Shown: positions 12,139-25,360, numbered from the stretch's first letter. The stretch: DNA of 64,000 nucleotides from Octopus vulgaris (GCA_951406725.2 OX597816.1:136586001-136650000), one strand, 5' to 3'. Numbers and translations: made by a program. The notes: generated from the sequence alone by a model not told the origin.

Positions 12139-12553
12139 GGTTTGAACAGCAGTTTTTTGTAGCGGTGTCATATGAAATTGTCACCCATAATTATGACCCT
12201 AGTATCGATCTATTGCATTTCAATGTTTTAGTGTTAGGGTTAGAGTTAGGGGGTGGGGGGAAGGGTATCTTTTTTTTCTTCACAAATGTAAATAAACCCA
12301 ATCTGTTTCTTAAATGAGGGACATATTCATACAGCACAGAATGGTTTTCACCTCAATGGACGTCAGTGATTGGTTGAAATTGCAGAAATTGAAGGAAAAA
12401 AACAACAAATATCTTACAAACTATAGAATTTTCTCAATAAAGCCAAGAGAAAAGGATATTTTATAAACACATTCTACCAGTAGACAAAGTTTAAAATTTT
12501 TTAGTTACCTAGAAATTATGTTTAAAAACTGCCGTTCAAACCGAAAAGATCCC
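12139..12553. mobile_element. Non-autonomous TIR element nested in an RTE 3' end (host 12030-12620, minus strand)
   Basis: TIRs ggtttgaacagcagttttt / aaaaactgccgttcaaacc(gaaaagatccc); the left TIR appears truncated; internal gttagggttagagttaggg. Confidence 0.7.
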
Positions 12554-12889
12554 GGTTGGATGCCCTTCCTAATGCCAACCACTTCAAGTGAGTAATGAGT
12601 GCTTTTTGTGTGCTACCAGTACCCTAACTGACTGACTAGTGGCCAAACTCCAAATTACTATGTTCCAACTTGAATGGAACCTGAGACTTATTGGGAAGTT
12701 ATTGTAAAATATCCCTTGTTTATCTATGCATTCTGATGGCAGACTTTCAGGCATGTGAACAGAATTTAGTACATTTATTTACTCAGAGTTCAATATTGTA
12801 ACCTTTGTACTCGCTGTTAACATACAATTCTACTTTCAACATCTCTTGTTCCATTATAGAAATAGTGTGTTTAAAAAACTCCTTGTGCT

Positions 12890-13055
12890 CCTGCTACTAC
12901 TACTAATACTACTACTCCCATCATTACTACCACTACTAATGCTGCTACTACTACCGCCACAACTGCTGCTGCCACTACTACTTCTACTACCACCACCATT
13001 GCTACTACTACTATTGCTGCCCTTACTACCACCACCACTACTGTTACTACTACTA
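12890..13055. repeat. Imperfect (CTA/CCA/CTG)n trinucleotide tract
   Basis: Seen directly. Confidence 0.9.
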
Positions 13056-13641
13056 GTTTGTGTTAGGTATCTAGGGACACAAAACTGCTGTTGCTGCCAC
13101 AAATTCCTAAGTACACCAATCATTTACTAGAATCTTGGCTCTTTCTTCCCTCTTCTCCTCCTCCTCCTCTCAATTCTTAGCTGCAAAACCCATTTCAGGT
13201 TTGCTTAAGTCACTGTTGCAATAAGTCTGGATTATCTACTTGGCTGGCTACAATGGCTTAAGCCTATGAGCATATTGATTTAGGACAAACTGAAGGGTAG
13301 AAATGAGATTTTTTCCTATGTCACTGTGACTTTTTTTGTTTTTGTTTTTAACTCCTTGCTGTCATCCATGATCCCATGTCTTCATTTATTTTCAGTAGAT
13401 TGTTTGTTTTCTTTTCTTCTGGTGGGGCAGGGGTTTCTTTCTACCCAATCCTTGCAGAAAAAAATCTCTCTACTAATATGCCTGCCTTTCCCACTCACAT
13501 TGCCAACATGCTGGCCATTGAACCTTTAGACCTAGTTGTTTTCCTGCTGCTGACTTGCCTCTTGTTCTTCCTATCAGTTCAATTATCTGCATCAATAAAA
13601 CAATTGAATGTCATCATCAGCTTCTCAAACCATCTGCCTGG

Positions 13642-13737
13642 TGCTGCTGCTGTTGTTGTTGTTGCTCCTACTGCTGCTATTGTTGCTGCTACTGCTGCTG
13701 TTCTTGTTGCTACTGCTGCTATTTTTGCTGCTGCTGT
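13642..13737. repeat. Imperfect (TGC/TGT)n trinucleotide tract
   Basis: Seen directly. Confidence 0.9.
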
Positions 13738-15960
13738 GTTGCAGCTGTCACATTAGCACTACTGCAGTTGTAGATTCCATTACATCTTTCTCCATTTCCT
13801 ATAATCCTACTCATATCAATGATTTCTTTTTTTTTTTCACTTTCTTCTTCCATCCATGAATATTGCATGATAAACTGTTATTAATGCATGTTGTATTATC
13901 CTCGTGTCTAGCTTCTAAATTCATAATACAAGTTATCGTTTCTATACACCATCCCCAATATAGTCTGTGTTCTGTTTGCTATTGCTATTAGACAAGACAA
14001 CACTAACTTATCTCTCCTGAGAACGAAGTTCACAAGATAGAAAACAGTTATTTTTGAAATAGTATCACTATCATCATCATCATCATTGTCGTCGTCATCA
14101 TCATCATCACCGCCACTGGTTCAGATACCAGGTTTTCCATCCTGACAAGAGCTAGAGATTAGATACAACAGTTTCTCTCTTGAATGTCCCTATTCTATGT
14201 GTTATCAGCTACAAGGTCCTCTATCTAAGATTAAATTTATTTCATCTTACATCTTCTCTGAAAAACAACCACCCTCAGCTTGTACCAGTTACTTTCACAA
14301 CTACAGCATCTGTTCTGCCTGCCTTCCATTGTACCAATTTCTTTAACATTCTAATATTTCCCCTATTTAAAACTATTAACCTTTTAGCTTTTAAACTGGC
14401 CATATCTAGCCCAGATATTCTACCCATTTTACCAGCCAGATCTGGCCTCTCACACCTACCCTATAATGTCATTCTAAAACTATATCATCATCCTTTAACA
14501 TCCACTTTCCATGCTGGTATTGGTTGGATGGTTTGATATGGAGCTGGCTAGTTGGGAGCTGTCCAGACTCCAACTGCCTATTGTGGCATAGTTTCTATGG
14601 CTGGATGTCCTTCCTAATGCCAACTACTAACCACAATGTACTGAGTGCTTTTTACATGCCACTGGTATGAGTGCATCAAAATTTCAAAATTATATGATAA
14701 AGTATGATTAATTGAAAACATTGTGAATAAATAAACATTACATTAGACCAAATAATATTATTGCAGAATGTGATTTCTCTTTGGCTTTTTCTGTTTGTAT
14801 TTTGTTTTCAGTGCAAGTGACACAACTCTCACTGTCTTTCTACTACCCACAATCAAGTAACAGCACTCTCATTGACCTACATACAGTTGATAACACAACC
14901 CCCAACACAGTTACATAACAACAGTTACTGTGTCCATTCTCTGTGACACAACCCTTACTGTCCCCATGACTTGTCTACAACCCTAATCCTTGCTGTCTTC
15001 TCATACATGCTTTATGGCACAACCCTCACTGTACCAACATAATCTAACCACACATCAAGAGAATCTCCAGTCTTAATTGACAATACATTTAGAAGTCAAG
15101 GAGAATTATTTTGTCTGTTGATAAAAGTCAGTGTTTGTAGGTAACTGATAATGTGTATGAGGCAGTAAGGTTATCAAGTTGAGATATTCAGTATTTTACA
15201 CCAAAGCAAATCTGATCTAAAAATCTATAAAGATATAAAGTCGGAACCTGCAAACTCATTAGGTTTTGTTTGTGTGTGACCCGAGATTAGATAAAGGTTA
15301 TGAGATAGCATTTATATTTATTATACATATACAAATCTGTGTGTGTGTAGTAAATATAACAACATTGACTGATTTATACTTTTGGATAACCTGCTCGGGA
15401 GAAATTTAATAGCCACCAAGTTGTGATTAGGCATATGCAAACTTTAGGTTGGTTAAAATATGTTTGGGACATGTTAAAGAGCTAGAAACACTGCGTCTGG
15501 GAATCCGATGGACAGCAACACTGTGCAGTTATGGTGTGTTTACACTTTTTATCATAAGAGAGAATTTTTCCCCTATATCGGCTGCAGTGAATTTGCCTAT
15601 AGAAGTTGAAATATGTTACAAACATTTTAACTCATCTAAAGTTTGTGTGTGTGTGTGCTTGCACATGTGCACACACATTTGTATTTGTGTGTAGGAATCT
15701 CCTGCATTCTGGAAGGTTAAATAAGGAAAAAACCAGTAATATAGGGTGAGGGGAATTTGCTGGTCTGATCAGAAATAAGAGATGGGAAAACAACCATAGA
15801 TAGTAATTCACCTTCTATCTAGTGTGTGTATGTGTGTGTGATTGTTTTCACCTTCACGTTTCAATGCTTACTTGGGTCAGATGGAATTCTTTGAGGAAGA
15901 TTTTCTATGACCTGATGCCCTTCCCGTCACTGACTCTTACCTGTTTCCAAGGAAAAATTA

Positions 15961-16300
15961 TATCCTACGTTCTACTTGCCTAGAACCTGTCATCATTTCT
16001 CTGAACCACCCCTCCCCACTGGTGCTCCCCTATATTTCTGCACCCCCCCCCCACATAAAAAGCACCATCCGAACGTGGCCGATGCCAGACCCCTCTGGCA
16101 CCTGTGCAGGTGGCACGTAAAAAACACCCACTACACTCGCGGAGTGGTTGGCGTTAGGAAGGGCATCCAGCTGTAGTAACACTGCCAGACTAGACTGGAA
16201 CCTGGGGCAGTCCCGAGCTCCCCAGACCCCGGTCGAAACCGTCCAACCCGTGCTAGCGCGGAAAACGGACGTTAAACGATGATGATGATGATGATGATGA
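15961..16300 (+). mobile_element. Young RTE-tailed retroelement, short copy
   Basis: Nearly identical to 59627-59966, including ~90 bp of C-rich non-RTE 5' sequence. Confidence 0.85.
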
Positions 16301-16639
16301 TTGCTGCACTTGGTTTTTTTTTATCTTTATTTTTTTCGTAAAAGATTGAAAACAGACAGCATTACTTCTGTGTTAGTGGTACTTGTTTACAACTCTCTCC
16401 CAATGTCAAGACAAGGAGACACACACACACACACACGATGGACTTCTTTCAGCTTTTGCTTTCCAAATCCACTCACAAAATTTGGTTGGAGCTATATTAA
16501 AAAGAAAAACACTTGCTCAATGCACCACTCAGTGGGGCAAAACCCTAATCATATGGTTGGGAAGTAAACTTAGCCACACATGCATACACATATATGTACA
16601 TATATATTACACATAATATCTATGTTTATATATATATAT

Positions 16640-16938
16640 AGTGACAGATACTGAAGTCACACAAATGGCACCCGTGCCGGTGGCACATAAAAGCACCTTT
16701 CAAGCGTTGGGCCTCAGAGATGCAAGGACCAAGACCATTGCAGATACCAGTGTCATGCAAAAGCCGGTGGCACGTAAAAGCACCCATTACACTCTTGGAA
16801 TAGTTGGCGTTGGGAAGGGCATCCAACTGTAGAAACCATGCCAAAACAGACTAGAGTCTGGTGCAGCCTCCCAGCTTGCCAGCCCTGGTCAAACTGTTCA
16901 GCCAATGCCAGCATGGACAACAGACATTAAATGATGAT
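16640..16938 (+). mobile_element. RTE LINE 3' end
   Basis: Family motifs and a (gat) tail. Confidence 0.75.
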
Positions 16939-16954
16939 ATACATATATATATAT

Positions 16955-16995
<41 letters not shown>

Positions 16996-17144
16996 CACAC
17001 ACACCAGCTGTTGGACCTGGCATTGCTCGTGTTTTCTGTGTTGAAGTTAAGCCTACTTCTGACCTTGTTTTGAAATCTTCTACATTCCCCTTGCCAACTA
17101 TTACCCATTAAAATGTTATATCTGGTTCAGCAGGGATTTTACCT

Positions 17145-18090
17145 GGTTAACGCTTTCAACATATTCCTACATACTGGACCGTCTGAAAACGTAATCAAAC
17201 TTATGGGTGTACCTTGACCCATTGAGAGTAAATTCCAATACATTATATGAATAATTGATGTTTCATATGTCGAAGTGCTTAATTTTACTCATGGGTCAAT
17301 TTTCTTCAAAATTAGTTCATTATCTTATTGTGAGTGAATTTTGATGATATTTACCTTTCACCTGTTTAATTTTAATTCTACTACATGACTCTGACCATAA
17401 ACTTTACCTAAATGTCAAATTTATAAAAATCGGATGAATTCTGTAAAAAGTTACAGCATAAAATATTAATCCTATGGGTATTTGCATACAAAAAGCCTTT
17501 TGATTTCTTAAAATTCCCTGCTCTCGTGCAGTTATCGATTTTTTTGTCAACTCTTCATGCTGGCATCAACTAATGGACATGACCTGTAATCACATGTAAA
17601 ATTTCTACAAAATCAATAAGAATGTTTCTAAGGAAATGCTTATTTGCATTTGTGCCCTTTTTAAGTCCTTTTGAATTAAACACCTTTACTGTCCCCGCTC
17701 CACAAAATTTACCTACATCTCAAATTTCATTAAAATCAGAAAAAAATATGAAAGTAACGACCAAAAATAAAATCCCTATGGATATTTGCATGCAAAATGC
17801 CTATTGATTTTATAAAAACCACTGCTCAGGTGCAATTATCAAATTTTGTCAACGCCATATACTGACATCAACTCACTGCCATGAGCCTCGCTCACTCATT
17901 GATTTTCATCAAAATCAGGCAAGAAATGCAAATGTTGCATGAAAAATAACATTGTTATGGGAATTTCCATTTAAACGCCCAATTGAGCTCACTAAGATCG
18001 ATGCCAGCTGAGTATCATCGAGTTTGCGAAAAATTCCGGCTTTATTTCAACTTCAGGGCCAGTTGGACAGTGTGGGAGAAGTTAGAGTAA
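17145..18090. mobile_element. Unclassified repeat with degenerate ~180-bp internal units
   Basis: Recurrent aaattt.at.aaaatc.g...ctatgg.tatttgcat.caaaa.gcct.ttgattt...ttgtcaac...gcatcaact at ~17415, ~17720 and ~17900. Confidence 0.5.
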
Positions 18091-18248
18091 CCCCAAAAAC
18101 ACACGCAAACAGACACCATTACACATGTAGGTATATATATATACCAGATCTGACTGGCCTGGTGTAGCCTTCGGGCTTGCCAGACCCCAGTTGAACCGTC
18201 CAACCCATGCTAGCATGGAAAGCGGACGTTAAATGATGATGATGATGA

Positions 18249-18295
<47 letters not shown>

Positions 18296-18410
18296 GCATT
18301 AGGAAGGGCAGTCAGCTGTAGAAACCATGCCAAATCAGAATGGAGTCTGGTGCAGCTTACCAGCTCTGGTCATACTAGCATGGACAACTGACATTAGATG
18401 ATGATGACGA

Positions 18411-18457
<47 letters not shown>

Positions 18458-18458
<1 letters not shown>

Positions 18459-18847
18459 TAGCAGTATCGCCTGGCGTTGCTCGGGTTTGTTTCGACCCAC
18501 TGGAATTGGAATTTTTGAAAAGTAAAAATTTTGCATTATGTAGCTTGTTATTCTCTTCAAGTGAACATTTTTCTGGTTGAAATACACCGAAAAGTGGCAA
18601 CACAGCAGTGAAAAATCGTAAAAAATAGGGATTTTCATAGAAAAAAGCACCTTTTTGATGTAAATAATTTTTGGTGTTAACATGGTCCGATTTGAATTTT
18701 ATCTTCTACGGAAGGAAAAGCAACCCTTCTTCTATCATACTCTCAATTTTGGTCAACTTGCACTGCAGGGTCCTGGAGGAGATAGTGTTAGTTGAAGGCT
18801 ACCAAACCTGGTGCACACAGACAACTTCAGCTTTATATAGAGATAGA
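18458..18847 (-). mobile_element. Non-autonomous Helitron
   Basis: Minus strand starts A|TCTATCTCTATATAAAG and ends CCCGAGCAACGCCAGGCGATACTGCTAG|T: 5' TC, subterminal GC-rich hairpin, 3' CTAG, A|T target. Confidence 0.8.
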
Positions 18848-18989
18848 TAACACACACACATTTAATACACATACATACACACACACACACATGTATGGAT
18901 GTATGTATGTATATATGTACATCTGTACACTTCTTGCCATATTTTTATCCTTCACTTCCTACACACACACCTTCTTAGCTTACAATTTC

Positions 18990-20015
18990 TTTCTTTCAAC
19001 AATTGACAACTGAAGTACGCTCGCAAATTAATACTACGAAAACTTAGCGACAGAAAGTAAATTAAAAACCAATTTACCTTTTCTGTTGAGTTATCATGGC
19101 AATTCGACAGTCTGATTTCCTTAAATCCGTCTCATTTCTTCAACTGAACTTAGTTCCTATCGTTTCTTAAAGTCCTTTGTGAAATCTAGGAGTGTTTTTT
19201 TTGTTATTTCTCGAGAAAGTTTTGTTTCCTCGACACTAAAAACTAACGGGAAGTAGACAACAGTCCCAGTACAATTTGTGTAATAGTGTAACTCATAATG
19301 TGAGCGGCTAGCATCTACTCACCATATGTCAGTGAATTGTTGGTGTGTGTTTGCAAATGTGTTCGAATGAGAAAGTGAATTGTGTTTGGTGCCTTTTTTA
19401 CTAATAACAAACACACACACATGTGTGTGTGTTTGAGTGTTTGTATGTAGTTGTTTGAAACGTTTGTGTTTGTCACTGTCATATATGTATGTATATGTTT
19501 GCGTGTCTATGTGTGTAAAGCGAAAGTAGGAGAAAGTGTGGTAATAGAAGGAGTAAAGCATTTGAAGTGAGAGAGGGAAATCGTAAAATATTGAGTTTTC
19601 TCAAATTTTTGCTTAATTGGGGCTCAAATTGAAAGAAATTTATATGCCATGACCCAATGTAATGTACTTCGAAAAATCATAGGTAAATTCCAATTGAAGA
19701 AATTGTGAGGAGTAAATTGTTATGTATTTATTTGTTTCTGTTTCCTCTGTATTTTTTTGAGTAGTGGTTTAAGGTACACTTGCAAAGAGAAAGGAGAAAG
19801 TGTGGTTATAGAAGGAATGAAGCACTTGAAATGAGAGAGGCAAATCATAAAATTTTTGCTTAATTGGGGGTCAAATTGAAAAAAATTTATATGCCATAAC
19901 CCAATCGAATCTACTTCGAAAAATCATAGGTAAATTCCAATTGACGAAATTCTATATTGTACAATTGTATTAAAAAGAAACATAGTCACAGGCAGAGAAA
20001 ATCTGCTTTTTATCA
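18990..20015. mobile_element. Unclassified repeat with an internal direct duplication (19528-19705 / 19792-19951)
   Basis: aggagaaagtgtggt.atagaagga...cttcgaaaaatcataggtaaattccaattga occurs twice. Confidence 0.5.
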
Positions 20016-20040
20016 TAATATATATATATTTATATATATA

Positions 20041-21230
20041 CAAGGGTTGGACAAAATAATGGAAACACCTTAAAATTTCAAACAAATCTATTTTAATATG
20101 GGGTAGGACTGCCTTTGGCAGTAAATGCAGCTTGAATTCTATGAGGTATGGACTTGTACAAAGTTTGAATTGTTTCCAAAGAAATTTTTGTCCACTCTTC
20201 AGCTAAAACAGTTTCCATTTCTTGTAGTGATGATGGTGGAGGATATTGACGCCTTACATGTTTTTCTAAAATTGCACCATAAATCTTCAATAATATTGAG
20301 ATCTGGGGACTGTGGTGGCTAGATAAGATATTTAACTTTACTAGAATGTTCCTTGTGCCATTCAATAACAATTTTAGCTGTGTGAATTGGTGCATTATCA
20401 TCCTGAAAGATTGCATTTCCTTCCAGAAACAGTTCCACAATCATAGGATGAATTTGATCATAAAATGCTTAAATAGTCTTGACTATAAATTCTGTCATGA
20501 AGAGAAACCATTAGGCTGGCAGATTTCCAAGATATAGCCCCAACAGATCATCACAGATCCTCCTCCACATTTAACTGTTGGAAGAAGGCAGTCTTGGTCA
20601 AATGCTTCTTTTGGCTGTCTCCACACGTATACTCAGCCGGTAGTCGGAAATAAGGTAAAAGATTACTCATCCAAGAAAATAACATTCTTTCACTGCTCTA
20701 GGGACCAATTCTGTTGTTTTTACTCCACTCTAAACGCTTTGCAACGTTTGTTTTTGAAAGCAGTGGTTTTCTGATTACAGCCCTCCAGTAAAATCCAGCT
20801 TTGTGCAGCTCCCGGCAAACAGTTTTTGTGGAAACTGGGTTCTCGGGGTGGTCATTATGCTCTGCAGTAATTTTAGAACCTCTGCTTTTGTGATCCTTTC
20901 TAACAATTCACATAGGAGTCCAACAGTCCCTATCTGAAAGTTTTGGTTTTCTTCTGGAATTTTGTTTCGATGACAAGGTTTTTCTGTCTTTCTCAAAGGC
21001 TGTCATTACTTTTGAGTCAGTACTTCTTGATACATCAAACATTTTGGCTGTTTTCATTACTCTAGTGCCTGCCATATGAGCACCAACCATTTGAGAGTCC
21101 AATAGATCTGTCATTTTAATTAACACTAATAATAAATCAAAAAATATAAAAATAAACAAGCTGTTGACGGTTTTATAGATATTTCAAAATTATGATGCTA
21201 GGTATTTCCGTTATTTTGTCCAACCCACCC
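20041..21230 (-). mobile_element. Near full-length Tc1-family transposon with DD36E spacing (Incomer-like)
   Basis: TA|CAAGGGTTGGACAAAATAATGGAAACACCT left TIR; AGGTATTTCCGTTATTTTGTCCAACCC right TIR at 21200-21226; ~1.2 kb. Confidence 0.92.
20093..21114 (-). pseudogene. Tc1 transposase pseudogene with stops and frameshifts
   Basis: MTDL...FDVSRST..KVMTAFEK (HTH), VIFLDE*SFTLF, PTVKCGGGSVMI, FQDDNAPIHTAK...LI*PPQSPDLNIIEDLW, AKGSPTPY*. Confidence 0.9.
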
Positions 21231-21923
21231 CCCAGGTATACACACATACACACACACATCACACATAGAGAGAGAGGTGGGGGGAGAGGGAGAGTGAAAG
21301 GGAAAGAGAGAGAGCAAATGGGAGAATGGATGGATGGATGGTATGGGTGTGTGTGCATATGCATATCGATTTTTGTGTGTGTGTGTGTGTAGCTATGTAT
21401 GGATATATATATATAGTGGATGGAGAGATAGCTGTATGCTATAATACATATTTGATAGTGTAGATGAGGTGGTGAGCAGCAACAACAACTGCAGTGTAAT
21501 GACTGGCCAGTCGGGTGAGGAGGGCACTTATGTTGTCGTTTCAACATATCTCGATGGAGAAAAATAGATGTAAAAGAGAGACTGTAATTGGAAAAAGTCT
21601 GCTTCTAACCTAAAAACACTATGTTAAATTTATTGGCAATCAAATCTGAAATACATTACAGATGTAAATGACAGAATTATTATGGGTAATTTTCCAAATG
21701 TTTATCTACAATAAGAGATATGAAGATAAGTAAAAATTGAGTGTAGTAGAAGAAAATTATGTAGATTTAGTTTGATTATATTGTATAACTCCTTTCTTTC
21801 TATATGAACTTGCCCTATAAACCTGATTCCGTTGTAACAAACCGTTTTGATTTTTGAACATAATTTATTATCAGTTGCAGAAAATATCTTAACTACCAAA
21901 TCTCATTTTGAAATATGTTGTAA

Positions 21924-21966
<43 letters not shown>

Positions 21967-22103
21967 TGGCATGTTTTCACAATCACTCTTTACAGTTGAA
22001 TAAATGGTAATAAAGAAGCAAAGTATATACGTCTATAAGAATACAGTTGCATTAAAAATTTAGAATTTCTTTTTCTTTTTTCCTTTTTTTTTTTCTTTGT
22101 TAA

Positions 22104-22324
22104 CCCTTTAGCATTCAGATTACTCTATCAAATGTTATACTTATTTATTCACATTTGTTTTGAATTAATCATGTACTATCTCGTAGCTTCGAAATTTCAA
22201 TGATGTGTGTGCTTATTTTTAGAAAGACATTGTAGAGTAGCTGTTAGAGACTAGATCTGGTCAGTTTCAACATAAAATCAGTGGAACATTTGAGTCAGAT
22301 GTGACCATTTGAAATGATAAAAGG
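22104..22324. mobile_element. piggyBac-type MITE (TTAA|CCCTTTAGCATT family)
   Basis: ttaaccctttagcattcagattactct...aatgataaaaggttaa; relatives at ~14376, 23203-23645, 26770-26956, 34000-34222 and 36196-36360. Confidence 0.7.
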
Positions 22325-23411
22325 TTAATTTGCCACCCCACCCCACCCTGAAGCTGGTATAATTATATATGATTTTGTACCTGAGGTTCAATTTAGTTGT
22401 TCTGTCTGGTACCATTCTGTTAATACTTTTTATTTATTTTTTTTTTTTTACTAATGTTTAAATCTTGGTTTTAACTCTGTTCCTGCAGGCCCATGATGAA
22501 AACATTTTATTTATTTTATTTGTGACTCTCTTATCTTCATAGAGTTTGTGATTTTTCTTTTTTTTTAAGATAATAAGGTATAATTTCAGGGGATTTGGTT
22601 GCTTTTCTAGTTGGTCAAACTGCCATCTAAAGACCTTCTCTTTTATTTCTTAATTCCATACCTGCAGCAGTTGTTGTTATTGCTGTTTGGTCTCAGATCA
22701 GCTTTGATCATCATCATCTTCATCATATAGCTCCTGCAGTTTTTCTATGGAGAAAAGCATCTCTGCTCTTTATTTAATCTATTCATTTCATCTGTATATG
22801 TGTGCATAAGTGTACTACACGTATATATATATATATATATATATGCATGCATGTATATGTATGCATGTATGTTAGCATACATGTGTATGTATGCATGCAT
22901 GTTTAGAATGGCATCCAGCTGTAAAAAACATGCCAAAACAGACACAGAAGCCTGGTGCAGTCTTCTGCCTGGCCAACTCCTGTCAAACTGCCCAACCCAT
23001 GTCAGCATAGAATCAGTACTAGGCTTACAAGGAATGTCTTGGGATTAATTTCTTCAACTATAACCCTTTAAGGCAGTGCTTCAGCATGGCCACAGTCAAA
23101 TGACTGAAACAGGTAAAAGTGTTCCAACTATGACAAACCCATTCTTTTTTTGTTTTTTTATGTCATAATGTATCGAAGACAACTGCTTGTCATCTTTTCT
23201 TTAAACCTTTAGCATTTAAACTGGCCATGTCTGGCCATATTCTACCTGTTTTACATTCAAACCGGCCAGATCAGGCCTCTCACATCTACCCTATAATGCC
23301 ATTCTAAAAATAAACAATCATATCAATGAAATCTTGAAGCTACAAGATAATGCATGACTAACTCAAAACAATATAAACAAGTAAGCATTAGATTTTACAG
23401 TACTCTGGATG

Positions 23412-23622
23412 TGAGCTGGCAGAAACGTTAGCACGCTGGACAAATTGCTTAGCGGTATTTCATCTGCTGTTACGTTCTGAGTTCAAATTCCGCTGAGGTC
23501 GACTTTGCCTTTCATCCTTTCAGGGTCGATAAATTAAGTACCAGTTACGCACTGGGGTCAATGTAATCGACTTAATCCCTTTGTCTGTCCTTGTTTGGCC
23601 CCTTGTAGATAATAAAGAAATA
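23412..23622 (+). mobile_element. Nin/Deu-domain tRNA SINE inserted in a piggyBac-type MITE
   Basis: gagctggcagaaacgttagcacg...gagttcaaattcc...gactttgcctttcatcctttcagggtcgataaattaagtaccag; degenerate TSD agtactctggatg / agtaatctgaatg. Confidence 0.85.
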
Positions 23623-24827
23623 AAGTAATCTGAATGCTAATGGGTTCGAACAATAAGAGGTAATTTGAGAGAGATTTTTGACTGCTATTTCTAACAGGTT
23701 GAATAGGTATGTAAATGCTACATTACCGAAGAAATAGTTTCAGTACAAACACTAGAAGTGAAATATAAGTTCCTAAATTATTGTGAATCTTATATTTAAT
23801 AGGCTGTAATGTAAACCTAACAGCAGTCTTAGTTTCTTAGAATTATAAAAACAATGGGATTGATACTCTAAGAGGGAACAGAAAAAAAAAAAAACAATAT
23901 TAAAATTCCAAAGTAAATGTAGTCTCCTGAAGACCTCAAAGTGCCAAGATAGAAAACATAATGAAGAATAGGAAGAGGTGAATGATAGAAACACCGTGAG
24001 ATTAGAATCCTACTAAAGTCAATATCTTAGTTGAATGTAAGGTATTCTTATATTTATTCCTGCCAGATCTCATCAAAATGATGTCATTACCTGAACACCC
24101 ATCTCCCTCTCTTTCATGACATTTAGCTGTAATTCTTCTTCTGCCTTCAGCTACTCTGGCTGGCAAGTCTTTCATATATTCATTCACAGTGCTCTCAAGC
24201 TTTGTCTGTATTTCATTCAACCTCTGCTAATTAGTGCTGAAGCTTCTTAACGATGATGGTGATTGTAATGATGATGATGATGATGACAGTGATGACAATG
24301 CAGTGTTGTTGTTGTGGTGGTGGTGATGGTAGAAGAAATCACCATGGTTTTTATTGTTATTATCACCATCATCATCATCATCATCATCATCATCTAATTA
24401 TATTTGTTGATTGCAGAACATTATTTTAGATAACATCTTACAGATGTTCTCAGTAATATTCCTTTGTCTCTGTATATCCCCCTCCTTCCACCTCTCATCT
24501 GTCTTGGATGGCACCCCCCACCTCACCCCCACCCTGTAGTGTTTTCTTTTCCTTCCAGTCCTCCTAGCCAGTAACTCTTACACTACTCTCCCCACCACCA
24601 CACATCTACACCATAGCTATTGCCTGCAGTAGACAGGATCTAATTAAAATACACTTTGTACTGTGATCTGAGCAGAATATTAAAGGTTAAATATGGCAAC
24701 TATGTCAACAATCAGGCATTGATGTTTGAAAGTTTGTGATGATATCAAAATTCAAGCATACCTCAACTTCCGTTGCTAATTTGTTCCAAGATGTGCAGCT
24801 TAACTCATAAAAATGATGTAATAGGTA

Positions 24828-25360
24828 CCAGCATGGCTGTGTAGTAAGAAGCTTGCTTCCCAACCACATTGTTCCAGGTTCAGTCCCATTGTGTGGCACC
24901 TTGGGCAAATGTCTTCTACAATAACCTTGGGCTAACCAAAGCCGTGTGAATGGATTTGGTAGATGGAAACTGAAAGAAGCCTAACGTATATGTACCTATG
25001 TGTGTGTGTGTGTGTCTTTGTTTCTCGCAACCCAACACTTGACAACCAGTGTTGATGTGTTTATGTACCCCATAACTTAGTGGTTCGGCAAAAGTGACCA
25101 ACAGAATAAATACCAGGCTTTAAAAAACACAAGTACTGGGTTTGGTTCATTCTCTCTCTTTTACTCTTTTACTTGTTTCAGTCATTTGACTGCGGCCATG
25201 CTGGAGCACCGCCTTTAGTCGAGCAAATCGACCCCGGGACTTATTCTTTGCAAGCCCAGTACTTATTCTATCGGTCTCTTTTGCCGAACCGCTAAGTGAC
25301 GGGGACGTAAAAACACCAGCATCGGTTGTCAAGCAATGCTAGAGGGACAAACATATACAT

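Noticed and set aside
12846-13859. Poly-Leu, Ser/Gly, Cys and Ala-rich ORFs
   Set aside because: They are translations of trinucleotide microsatellites, open in several frames, with no splice or homology support.
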